DNA of 64,000 bases, from IMG/VR virus record IMGVR_UViG_3300028805_000057, positions 64,001 through 128,000 of that record; one strand, written 5' to 3'. This document shows, one piece after another, positions 55,409 to 64,000 of this stretch (the first letter of the stretch is position 1; every line of letters begins with the position of its first letter). The DNA is from a virus (Duplodnaviria > Caudoviricetes). The position numbers and the translations under genes are program-made. The notes beneath the pieces are model-generated. The model searched no databases and had not been told where the DNA came from. It was given only the letters and a program-made list of their open reading frames with translations.

Positions 55409-56923
55409 ATGAATAAAATAGAATTCTTAGCAAATATAGATAAATATAAAGGCGAAGATCATTCTACTTTCCTTCAGCATTACGGAATCTTAGGACAAAA
55501 ATGGGGACAGCGTAGATGGCAAAATCCTGATGGCACTTTTAATGAAGAAGGTAAGCAAAGATATTTTGGTCAGAAATCAAACAATATAAGTTCTGAAGAA
55601 AAGATTGGTGGTTATACTGCAGATCATTTTCACAAAAATATTTATTTAAAGACTGACAAGAATACTCTTAAGAAAATTAAGAAGTATCCTGATATATATG
55701 ATACAGAAGGTTTAACTGATGATGAAATATTAAAAGCTGTTAGACGTGTTCCTAAGATACCTAATGCTAGAGCATATGGTAGAGAAATTAGAGAAGAACT
55801 TTATAATACTCAATTGAATAAGACAAGATCTAAGTATTACGAGACAAATACTAAAGATATTCTTGAAGCTGAAGATGTTGAAGAGCAAAAGATTGGTGGT
55901 TGGACAGATCATGGTAAAAAGATTGATGAATTATATCCTAATGATAATGGACATTTATATAGTGATAATCTTTACACATCTGATGAACAAGAATATTTTA
56001 TGAATGAAAAAAATGCTAATAGAATAAATAAAATGGCTAAGTATGCTATGGAAGGTAATACTAAAAAGTATGATAAATTAATGGATAAAATTGATGACAA
56101 ATATAAAGATACAGTAAGAAGAGCAGTTCTTGATATTGAAGATGGTATAGATAATAAAGCTAATAATAAAAAAGGCAGAGAACTTTCTAAAGAAATAGGA
56201 CTTGGAGAAGTTGATTTAAATGCAATATTAAGAAATCGATATAAAGATGATGAACGAATGTATTCAATTAAAGATCGTGATATGATTCGTAATAATATGG
56301 ATACTATAATGACAGCAGTTAAGAAACTTAAAAATCAAGATATTAATGGATATTATGATGAAGTTGAAAAGATAGCTCGTACTGGTGAAGATAAAGATAC
56401 TATTGATAGATTTGTAGATGACTATATTAGTATTAAATCATATATTGATGAAGGTAAAAAACTAGATAAAGAATTAAAAAATATGAAAAATATTCAAAGT
56501 AAATGTAAATATCCAATTGATTATGATACAGACGCAAGAGACTTTATGTTCTCAGAATATACAAAAGACTATAGATCAATTCAAGAAAAGATGCAAGATC
56601 CTAAAATACATAGAGACGGACAAAAAGTTATTAATAATCTTAATAAAAACTTTGATAAATATGTTGATCAATTTAAAGATAAAGTTGTTGAAAATCTTTA
56701 TGAAGATTATAAAGATTGGCATGCTGATGATGACAAGATACTATCTAAACAGCAATTTAAGAATGCCATTGGTAAAGTAAATAGTGGTAGTATTGATGAT
56801 ACTGGATATTTACAATTATATCTTGAAGATAATGGTTTATTCTATGGACATGTATTTACAAGTCTTGGAGTTATAGATGATAACGGTAATCTTAAAGTTG
56901 AAGATGTATTCTTAGAAGGTTAA
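55409..56923 (+). CDS. leader-tagged protein with DUF2262-like C-terminus
   Basis: MNKIEFLANIDKYK..FLQHYGILGQKWG; ends DNGLFYGHVF..LEG; start 55409 (track 55388). Confidence 0.7.
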   Translation: MNKIEFLANIDKYKGEDHSTFLQHYGILGQKWGQRRWQNPDGTFNEEGKQRYFGQKSNNISSEEKIGGYTADHFHKNIYLKTDKNTLKKIKKYPDIYDTEGLTDDEILKAVRRVPKIPNARAYGREIREELYNTQLNKTRSKYYETNTKDILEAEDVEEQKIGGWTDHGKKIDELYPNDNGHLYSDNLYTSDEQEYFMNEKNANRINKMAKYAMEGNTKKYDKLMDKIDDKYKDTVRRAVLDIEDGIDNKANNKKGRELSKEIGLGEVDLNAILRNRYKDDERMYSIKDRDMIRNNMDTIMTAVKKLKNQDINGYYDEVEKIARTGEDKDTIDRFVDDYISIKSYIDEGKKLDKELKNMKNIQSKCKYPIDYDTDARDFMFSEYTKDYRSIQEKMQDPKIHRDGQKVINNLNKNFDKYVDQFKDKVVENLYEDYKDWHADDDKILSKQQFKNAIGKVNSGSIDDTGYLQLYLEDNGLFYGHVFTSLGVIDDNGNLKVEDVFLEG

Positions 56924-56936
56924 GGGAGGACCCTAA

Positions 56937-59330
56937 ATGACTAACAAAGAAATTCATGAAATGATTAAAAAATATGAATCAAAATGGGGACGACTTGGGC
57001 ATACTAATATTATGAGACCTGAATTAAATCACTCAGGAGAAGAAGGAGGAACAACAATGTCAAGCATGACTAATGATTTAATAGCATTTAGACAGAAAGT
57101 TGCTGCAGGTAGAGAAGCTAATAGACTTGCTCATAAATCAACTGTCAATGTTACAGATATTAATAGAAGATATTTTGAAGAGATTACCACAAATGGTACT
57201 TTGATACATGCTGGAACTAATCAGCAAAACTACAAATACTATCAGAAGATAGATCTTGGTAATGGTCAGTCAAGATATTTCTATACTAAGGAAGAATGGG
57301 ACGCTTACCAGAATGAAAAGAATGGTAAGAAACAGTCTACCGGTGGCGCTGAGAAAGTTCGTCAGATGCATAATGAGAAAGAATCTAATCTCCAGGGCAT
57401 GATTAAAGATGGCGATTACTATGAAAAAGGTGAAGATGGTAAATTCCATAAGACTGATAAGAAATGGGATGATGTTAGAAAGCAGGCCATTGAAGAAGCT
57501 GATAACAAGATAATTGATGCTGCTAAAGAAGGTGGATATGAAGCTGCTAAGAAAGCTATCTTTGATGATGATCGTATGCTTGAAATGTTTGGCCAGTTTG
57601 AAGGCGGATTTGAGAATCATGGCTGGGAGCTTAATGATGATGACTCGATTACTGGTATGGATGATAATGATGAAAAGTACTTCAAGGAAATGGAAACTTG
57701 GCTTCGTAGCTTCAAGGATTCTACCGGTATAGATATTTATAAGAATCCCGATTTCCAGAAGTCTGTAATGGATGAAATTCGTAAGAGATATAATCTTATG
57801 AAGAATCAGGCTAAGGAAAGAGAATCAAAAATCGAAGGAACTAAGAAGTATGCTACTCCTGAAGGTGCTGGTAAGAAGTCTGAAGAGAAGAAAGAAGAGA
57901 CCACTAAGTCTGAAGAGAAGAAAGAAGAGACCACTAAGACCGAAGAGAAGAAGACTGAATCTAATAGCGGATCAGACTTTGATAAGAAGTTGAATGAAAC
58001 CATTACAAATGAAGGTTCTGATGCCACAGCTGATTATATCATTAATAACTCACCTGAATTTAAGGCTTATGCAAATGCTCTTCGTAAGGCTGTTGCTGAT
58101 GGCAAGATTAAAGTATATCGTGATGGCGGAATGACTGGTAAGGAAAATAAAGAACTTGCTAGCACATTTGATCCGTTACTCGAAGACCTTGATGCTTTAT
58201 TACAGAAAGCTGCTAAGAATCCAGACTTTGATCGTAAGGGTGTTGAGAAGCTTATCAATAAGGAATTTGAGAATATTGCTGCAGCTGCAACAGAGGATAA
58301 ATATGGTGTAAGAGACAATACTAAGAAGTTTGTAAAACATTCCTTAGAAGAGCCTGAAATCATGGATGAGTATTCAGCATTTATGGAAAGAGTTAAGAAG
58401 GGTAGAGAAAAGAATAAACTTGCTCATTCTATAATGATTTCTCCTTCTGATTTAAATGCTAGATACGAGCAGTCCATTAAAGATCATTGTTTCTTAATTC
58501 ATAGTGGCAATTTCAAGTATTACAACAAGATTGACTTAGGTAATGGTAATACAAGATATTTCTATACTAAGGCCGAGTGGGATGCTTATCAGAGAGAAAA
58601 GGGTTCTAAGACTAATACTGATCAGAAGCTTTCCAAAGAAACTTTAAAGCAGATCGAACAGCAAAAGCAGAAGAAAGCAAACTATGATAATAATGCTGAA
58701 GCTGCTAAACATGAAGGCGACAGATGGCAGAAGAAAGAAGAGCCTAAGCCTAAAGTTACTGTTGAAACAATTGTAGTTGATGTAAAGAAAGATCCTAATT
58801 TTACAAAAACTGTAGATACTGTTAAAGCAGCAATTGATAATGGAGATATATCATATGTATATGATAAGCCCATTGTTAATATTGATAAGAAAACTGGTAA
58901 ACTAAGTGAAGCTGGTATGAAAGCTAATGAAGCTTGGCAGAATCTCTATAAGTCATTTAATGATTTATCGTCAAAGAATAAAGAAAATGGTTTATCATAT
59001 GAAGATGTTAAAGGCGCTTTAATGGATGCTTTTAATTCTGAATTAAAGAAAGCTCAATCTTCAAATAAGTCTGGATCTGATGATAAGCCAAAAGATTCAA
59101 ATCCTGATAACTTAGGCTTTGATAAGATGAAAGAAGGAATGACTCAGGAAGAATTTAATAAGGCATTGAAGGATGCTAGAGATTCTATTGATTTCGATAA
59201 GATGACAAATGAGATATCCGAAGTTATCAATGACCAGTTCAAGAATGTGGATCAAAGCGTTCTTGATGGCATTAAAGATCAGGTAACAAAAGAAACTGAA
59301 AAAATGTTAAAGAATAAATTAGGTTTCTAA
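56937..59330 (+). CDS. polyprotein-like leader-tagged protein with two KYYxKIDLGNG modules
   Basis: Duplicated AF..V..GRE.N.LAH..LIH(A/S)G..KYY.KIDLGNG..RYFYTK.EWDAYQ; seven hydrophobic-x-His sites. Confidence 0.75.
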   Translation: MTNKEIHEMIKKYESKWGRLGHTNIMRPELNHSGEEGGTTMSSMTNDLIAFRQKVAAGREANRLAHKSTVNVTDINRRYFEEITTNGTLIHAGTNQQNYKYYQKIDLGNGQSRYFYTKEEWDAYQNEKNGKKQSTGGAEKVRQMHNEKESNLQGMIKDGDYYEKGEDGKFHKTDKKWDDVRKQAIEEADNKIIDAAKEGGYEAAKKAIFDDDRMLEMFGQFEGGFENHGWELNDDDSITGMDDNDEKYFKEMETWLRSFKDSTGIDIYKNPDFQKSVMDEIRKRYNLMKNQAKERESKIEGTKKYATPEGAGKKSEEKKEETTKSEEKKEETTKTEEKKTESNSGSDFDKKLNETITNEGSDATADYIINNSPEFKAYANALRKAVADGKIKVYRDGGMTGKENKELASTFDPLLEDLDALLQKAAKNPDFDRKGVEKLINKEFENIAAAATEDKYGVRDNTKKFVKHSLEEPEIMDEYSAFMERVKKGREKNKLAHSIMISPSDLNARYEQSIKDHCFLIHSGNFKYYNKIDLGNGNTRYFYTKAEWDAYQREKGSKTNTDQKLSKETLKQIEQQKQKKANYDNNAEAAKHEGDRWQKKEEPKPKVTVETIVVDVKKDPNFTKTVDTVKAAIDNGDISYVYDKPIVNIDKKTGKLSEAGMKANEAWQNLYKSFNDLSSKNKENGLSYEDVKGALMDAFNSELKKAQSSNKSGSDDKPKDSNPDNLGFDKMKEGMTQEEFNKALKDARDSIDFDKMTNEISEVINDQFKNVDQSVLDGIKDQVTKETEKMLKNKLGF
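57876..57953. repeat. 30-bp in-frame tandem repeat (KSEEKKEETT)
   Basis: AAGTCTGAAGAGAAGAAAGAAGAGACCACT twice plus a partial copy. Confidence 0.8.
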
Positions 59331-59340
59331 AAATCAAAAT

Positions 59341-59376
59341 GGGTACCTGGATAATTTCTGGGTACCCTTATTTTTT
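59341..59376 (+). terminator. rho-independent terminator
   Basis: GGGTACCTGGA/TCTGGGTACCC stem followed by TTATTTTTT. Confidence 0.75.
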
Positions 59377-59465
59377 AAAAAAGGAGACATTGGGCAAATG
59401 AGAAGCTTTCGCGCAAAATCAGCGTTCAAGCATTCCAAACCTAGCCGGAAAGGAGTGCCTAGCTT

Positions 59466-62400
59466 ATGAAATGGAACTACGATGATTCTATAAGAGATGA
59501 ATTTAGCAAGGGACCGCATAGAGATATTCTCATAGTTCCTCATGCTACATATGTTACTCCAGTATCTGGTGGGCCTCCTGAAATAAAATCTAAGGTCCCT
59601 CAGTATATGTGGATTCCAATGCCTGTACCGATATGGGATGCTAAGGAAAAGAAGATGACGATTGTTACAATCCAACAGCCTTTTCCTAAGAAAGATCCAA
59701 GTACAGGTGAAGTATTAAGAGAAGATGTAGAGTGGGTTATCACGAATGATGATATTATTAAAGAAAAGTTTAAATATTCTCATTCACTTAATTCGGAATC
59801 CAACTTAACATTCTCTTCTTGTAATGCTGCAATGGTACAATTTACCATAAGAAATAAGAAACAATATATACAAGAATTAGATGAACAGGGCGAACCTACA
59901 GGAGAATATTACTGGGAACAAGAAATACCAAATTTACAAAACTATGAATTTGTAGAGAAGGACCCTGATGGTAATAGTAGAAAGATAGTTGGTGAATTAT
60001 CTGGTAATGCTTGTATTAAAGTCTATACATACATAAATGGTGACTCAAGTACATTAATGTATTTAGGAATGTTCCAAGTTGAAGAAGATAAGATGGTTGA
60101 TAATGGGTATAACCGTCAAATTACTGCATATGACTTCATGGCATTCTTCAGAGATTGCGACATATTCTATTGGTATAAGCATCTCTGGACAGGTATAAAT
60201 AAACTGGACAATGACTTTGAAGACTATACAAGTGATAGTGATGAAGAAAAGAAGAAACCTGATGATTATGATGCTGAAGTTAACTGGGTAAGAAAACCGG
60301 CAAAAGATTTATATCCAAATAGAGATGGTAGATGGACTATAGGTGAAGCATTAAGGGATCTATTTGAAAACTTTGCGGCTTATGATATGATTACTTATGA
60401 TGAGGAAGAAATCGAAGTAGAGGATCCGGATACTCATGAAAAGAAAAAAGTTAAGACAACTGTAGCAAAATTAGGTAATACCGTAACAAACCCAAATAAC
60501 TATGGACGAAATTATGAAGAAGGAACTGGTTATACAGGATTAGGTATGCCTGTAATGTTAGATCCTGATTTATATGATAATACAAAAGAATATAGTATAC
60601 CAACAGAACCAGGTGCAGATCAATATGAATGTTATGGTTACATGGATGCTTTAGATATTGAATTTTATCAAGATCCGAATATAATGAAGTCAGAATCTTT
60701 AAGTATGGGCAAATTCCTTGAAGATATTGGATTATTAGCTGGTAGATATCCTTATATCAGAACTGATCACTTACAAGATGATGATTGGTTTGATCCTGCA
60801 ACTAAAACAGGAAATCAAAATAGATATAATAATTATGAGAAATGTATTTTAACATTTAAACCTCTACCATCAAGTAAAGATGATAGCAAATTACCTACTG
60901 ATCAAATGTTGGATAATACAGAAATCAGTAAAGGATTTAGTCATGAATCTTATACTGTTGATGATATTGAGATAGTTAAGATAAATTTCCAAGATAAAAG
61001 TAAGATTGAATATTCAAGACTTACGGCAAGTCAGAGAAAAGATAAGAAAACAGGTAATGTACAAACATTTACTTTTAGTGATAATATATTTGTTTCATAC
61101 CTTGTCGAAAAATCTGATAATGAAGAAATTAAAAAGAAATTAGAGAATTATAAAGCATTAAAATTAAAGATATTTGGTAAAAACAATAAAAAAGGTAATA
61201 TGAGTTCTACAGCATTATTTGCACAGGGATATTACAATATGAAATATAGAAGTTATGTCCCTTATGAACTTACAACCTATGCAGACCCTGTACGAGATGT
61301 CGGTGATAGAATAAAGATAACTTATACCGATGTCATCACAGGAGAATATGTAAGCTTTTTCTCATATATTCTTGAACGAGAAATGAATGGTATTCAGAAA
61401 TGCCTGGATACTTACAAAGCTCAAGGTGATGGTCTTAATCCAGTATTTAGTAATTACCAAAGCGGTTCAAAGTATCAAAGTGGTTCAAGTTATGCTGCAA
61501 GTTCTTTCGGTTATAATGCTGTATATAGTGGAACTGGTTCCGGTGGATCAAGTGGCTCTGGTGCATTAGGAATTACTCCAAGTGACTTAGTACAGTATTG
61601 GCGAAACTTTGGTATAAGACTCTTAGATGAACCTAGTGACTGTCAAGCGAAGTTTGTTAAGGGAAGTGAACAAGGAGATCCTACTGCAGAACATTATATA
61701 TACAATATAAGTGGTGGTGAAACTAGTAGTATTAAAGATGGTAATACTACTAATCCAATATTATATGAACCTGGTGATGGTACTGGTACAAAGGAAGCGA
61801 CTGTAACTGCCGGTGATTATGTTGATTGGGTAGAAGATTATCAGCACGATGATCTGATAGTACCAAGTTTTATTGACTATCCTTTATATGTTTATACATT
61901 AAATAGTGAATGGAAATATGTTGGTAATGGCTATACAATGGGAGATGGCGGTTGTAATTTTTATGATAGTTCTAATGCTGAAATTATATTAAGTGATGGA
62001 ACTATTGTAGAAGATGATACTGATATTGAAGGTAAAGCAGATGATACTCTAATTATTAAATTAAAATCTGGAACTCCGTATTATAAATATAGATATACTA
62101 ATACAAGTTTTTATAGATATGCATCTGAAGATTGGGGTTTACCTTATACTACAAAAGAAGAATTAACAACTTCTGCAAGTATAAAAGTTGAACCTGGTGA
62201 TACTATATGGGGTGCCGGGCAATGGTATTGTATTTATCAATATCCAGGAGTATGGGTTATTGCAGGTCATTATCCACAACTAGATATTCCAGTAACACAA
62301 ACAACTAAAAAATACATCTCACTCAAATGGTCTGATCCTCAAGATATTATAGACTGGAAACCTACACCTGCAACATGGGAAGGTACAGTAATTGTAAGGA

Positions 62401-63059
62401 AAGAGAACTCAGCACCACTTCATAGATGGGACGGAGAAAAAGTTGTTCGTACTACTACAAGAGATAAGTATAAGACTAAAGCATATAAAGATGAAGATAT
62501 TAAAGCAAATAAAGTATATTACTATGGATTCTTTCCATATTATACAAAGATTGCCGATCCTGATCATCCTATAAGATTTTATACATTCACTAAGTCTATT
62601 AGAGTTGAGACTGGTATAGTTGCTCATCCTGCGACGATTACTAATTTGATAGTTTCTCATTTGGAGATTACTGTAGTATATGAAATACCATCTATTGCTG
62701 CTGGAGTAAAATATAAATCAGTTACATTAGTTGGTAAAAAGAATGAAGCACCGGTTGACGAAACTGATGGTGATATTATTTTACCATTGGAGGAATCATC
62801 TACTCAAGCAGTTATTGATGGTCTTGAACAAACTACAAGATATTACTTTATAATATTCTCTAAGGATACTGATGATGTTGTAGTATCATCTAATTGTATG
62901 GATGCTATGACTACATATCCTCCAAAGATATTTGCTGAGATTATAGAAACTAGAAATGATCCTTATGATAGTGATTTCTTTACAGAGAGTATAGAAGCTG
63001 TTGGAATGCCATCAGAAAGTAATTTCTTTACTGAAATTATTAATGTTACACAAGGATAA
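59466..63059 (+). CDS. large tail/baseplate-hub protein with C-terminal FN3-like domains
   Basis: YLGMFQV..ITAYDFM and DVGDRIKI tail-hub patterns; LKWSDP..VIVRK..YYYGFFPY and GLEQTTRYYF FN3-like segments. Confidence 0.65.
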   Translation: MKWNYDDSIRDEFSKGPHRDILIVPHATYVTPVSGGPPEIKSKVPQYMWIPMPVPIWDAKEKKMTIVTIQQPFPKKDPSTGEVLREDVEWVITNDDIIKEKFKYSHSLNSESNLTFSSCNAAMVQFTIRNKKQYIQELDEQGEPTGEYYWEQEIPNLQNYEFVEKDPDGNSRKIVGELSGNACIKVYTYINGDSSTLMYLGMFQVEEDKMVDNGYNRQITAYDFMAFFRDCDIFYWYKHLWTGINKLDNDFEDYTSDSDEEKKKPDDYDAEVNWVRKPAKDLYPNRDGRWTIGEALRDLFENFAAYDMITYDEEEIEVEDPDTHEKKKVKTTVAKLGNTVTNPNNYGRNYEEGTGYTGLGMPVMLDPDLYDNTKEYSIPTEPGADQYECYGYMDALDIEFYQDPNIMKSESLSMGKFLEDIGLLAGRYPYIRTDHLQDDDWFDPATKTGNQNRYNNYEKCILTFKPLPSSKDDSKLPTDQMLDNTEISKGFSHESYTVDDIEIVKINFQDKSKIEYSRLTASQRKDKKTGNVQTFTFSDNIFVSYLVEKSDNEEIKKKLENYKALKLKIFGKNNKKGNMSSTALFAQGYYNMKYRSYVPYELTTYADPVRDVGDRIKITYTDVITGEYVSFFSYILEREMNGIQKCLDTYKAQGDGLNPVFSNYQSGSKYQSGSSYAASSFGYNAVYSGTGSGGSSGSGALGITPSDLVQYWRNFGIRLLDEPSDCQAKFVKGSEQGDPTAEHYIYNISGGETSSIKDGNTTNPILYEPGDGTGTKEATVTAGDYVDWVEDYQHDDLIVPSFIDYPLYVYTLNSEWKYVGNGYTMGDGGCNFYDSSNAEIILSDGTIVEDDTDIEGKADDTLIIKLKSGTPYYKYRYTNTSFYRYASEDWGLPYTTKEELTTSASIKVEPGDTIWGAGQWYCIYQYPGVWVIAGHYPQLDIPVTQTTKKYISLKWSDPQDIIDWKPTPATWEGTVIVRKENSAPLHRWDGEKVVRTTTRDKYKTKAYKDEDIKANKVYYYGFFPYYTKIADPDHPIRFYTFTKSIRVETGIVAHPATITNLIVSHLEITVVYEIPSIAAGVKYKSVTLVGKKNEAPVDETDGDIILPLEESSTQAVIDGLEQTTRYYFIIFSKDTDDVVVSSNCMDAMTTYPPKIFAEIIETRNDPYDSDFFTESIEAVGMPSESNFFTEIINVTQG

Positions 63060-63073
63060 AAAGGAGGCGTAAT

Positions 63074-63232
63074 ATGGACGGAAATAGCGGTATTTATGAA
63101 ATACATGAGACTAAAGAAGAAGAAGAGTGGGGCGAAGAAGTAGTCTTAGAAAGTAGAGAACTTGATCCTACTGGTTTGTTTATTGAAGAGATACAAGTAA
63201 GAAGATTGGGCGGTGGTAATAATGCTAACTGA
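63074..63232 (+). CDS. small acidic protein (52 aa)
   Basis: Not in track; AAGGAGG RBS; MDGNSGIYEIHE... Confidence 0.5.
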   Translation: MDGNSGIYEIHETKEEEEWGEEVVLESRELDPTGLFIEEIQVRRLGGGNNAN

Positions 63233-63719
63233 TAATTTTTTAAGATTATTTAGTAATACTATGCAAAATCAATTAACAGCATATCAAGATTGCGGTGCGG
63301 GTAGCTATGGCATTTATCAAATGAATGAATTAATTGGTTGTAATGATGTAATTAGAAGAGGAAGAGATGATACCGGTTCAAGAGCATTAGGTTGGTATGT
63401 AATGATTGGGACTGGTAATACAACTCCAACAAAAACCGATATACATTTAAATAATATTATTGATTTAACCCCAACAAGTACATCTTTAGTTGTAGGTACT
63501 GATAATATTTTGAAAAAAGTAATACATAAATTTACTAATACTACGAATGATGCTTTAGTTATAAAAGAAATTGGTTTAGGATATGGTGGTAAAGTGCATG
63601 CGTCATGGCCTAATAATTATTTTATGTGTGCTAGAAAATTATTGGATACTCCCGTAACAATGCAACCTGGGGAAACATATCAATTTTCTTATACAATAGG
63701 AATTAAATCAGGAGGTTGA
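63213..63719 (+). CDS. tail/baseplate-associated protein
   Basis: IGTGNTTPT..D..L, IKEIGL, ARKLL..PVT pattern typical of fibre-attachment proteins. Confidence 0.55.
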   Translation: MVIMLTDNFLRLFSNTMQNQLTAYQDCGAGSYGIYQMNELIGCNDVIRRGRDDTGSRALGWYVMIGTGNTTPTKTDIHLNNIIDLTPTSTSLVVGTDNILKKVIHKFTNTTNDALVIKEIGLGYGGKVHASWPNNYFMCARKLLDTPVTMQPGETYQFSYTIGIKSGG

Positions 63720-63723
63720 TAAT

Positions 63724-64000
63724 ATGGTATTACATAATTTTGCTTATTCATTTGGTGGACAAACTTTATCACAAGTTTCAACAAGATTAGATTATGGAGC
63801 TTCAAATGTATCTTCAATGACAGATGTAAATATGGCTAGTATATGGAATATATTTGCTGCAGCTGGTAGAGATAGTACTAATTCTGCTCATTTATATTTA
63901 GGCGTTGGTAGTGCTACAGATAATGTTACATATGAAGATACTAGATTACATGAACCAATTACAAGTTTAACAGTTGTTTCAGCATCACAGGTTACAGCAA
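63724..64000 (+). CDS. partial tail-associated protein (runs off the window), likely paralog of the preceding gene
   Basis: GGAGG RBS, MVLHNFAY..YLGVGSATD..EDTRL; no stop before the window end. Confidence 0.5.
   Translation, partial: MVLHNFAYSFGGQTLSQVSTRLDYGASNVSSMTDVNMASIWNIFAAAGRDSTNSAHLYLGVGSATDNVTYEDTRLHEPITSLTVVSASQVTA

Noticed and set aside
1-64000. Stop-codon reassignment
   Set aside because: Long genes are intact under code 11; TAG and TGA end genes right before new RBS/starts; the tRNA is not a suppressor
1-64000. Integrase, att site or host flanking DNA
   Set aside because: None seen; the window looks entirely phage, so lifestyle cannot be determined

Overview
About 64 kb of an AT-rich siphophage genome with essentially all genes on the + strand. 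GGAGG-type ribosome-binding sites and gene content suggest a Clostridia/Lachnospiraceae-like host (inference). The architecture resembles the cos-type actinophage clusters AU/BI/DJ and their gut relatives. Gene order: small hypothetical genes and tRNA-Gln; SF2 helicase, VRR-NUC and PD-(D/E)XK nucleases; a 974-aa DFDGD-motif (YonO-like) single-subunit RNA polymerase; a probable cos site near 9.47 kb; terminase/HNH, portal and a protease-scaffold-capsid fusion; head-tail genes, two major tail proteins, chaperones and a 2538-aa tape measure; a conserved Cys/Gly-rich accessory module interrupted by an HNH endonuclease; tail fibres; holin and endolysin; an 11-kb array of paralogous leader-tagged proteins; and a displaced tail/baseplate protein. 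The main candidate novel system is a set of 11 proteins, including the RNA polymerase, that carry a short N-terminal leader ending in hydrophobic-x-His. The same motif occurs nine times in the scaffold/capsid-N-terminal part of the capsid precursor. In most of these proteins it is followed by one of two conserved modules (HYGxxGQKWG or KYYxKID..RYFYTK) and then variable effector domains: papain-fold toxin with adjacent small partner genes, SLOG, and transglutaminase-like. This reads as a capsid-loaded, prohead-protease-matured polymorphic effector arsenal. Also notable are three dispersed tRNA-shaped RNAs with a 7-bp acceptor/6-bp T-stem fold and no anticodon arm. All calls come from reading motifs by eye; no database searches were run.
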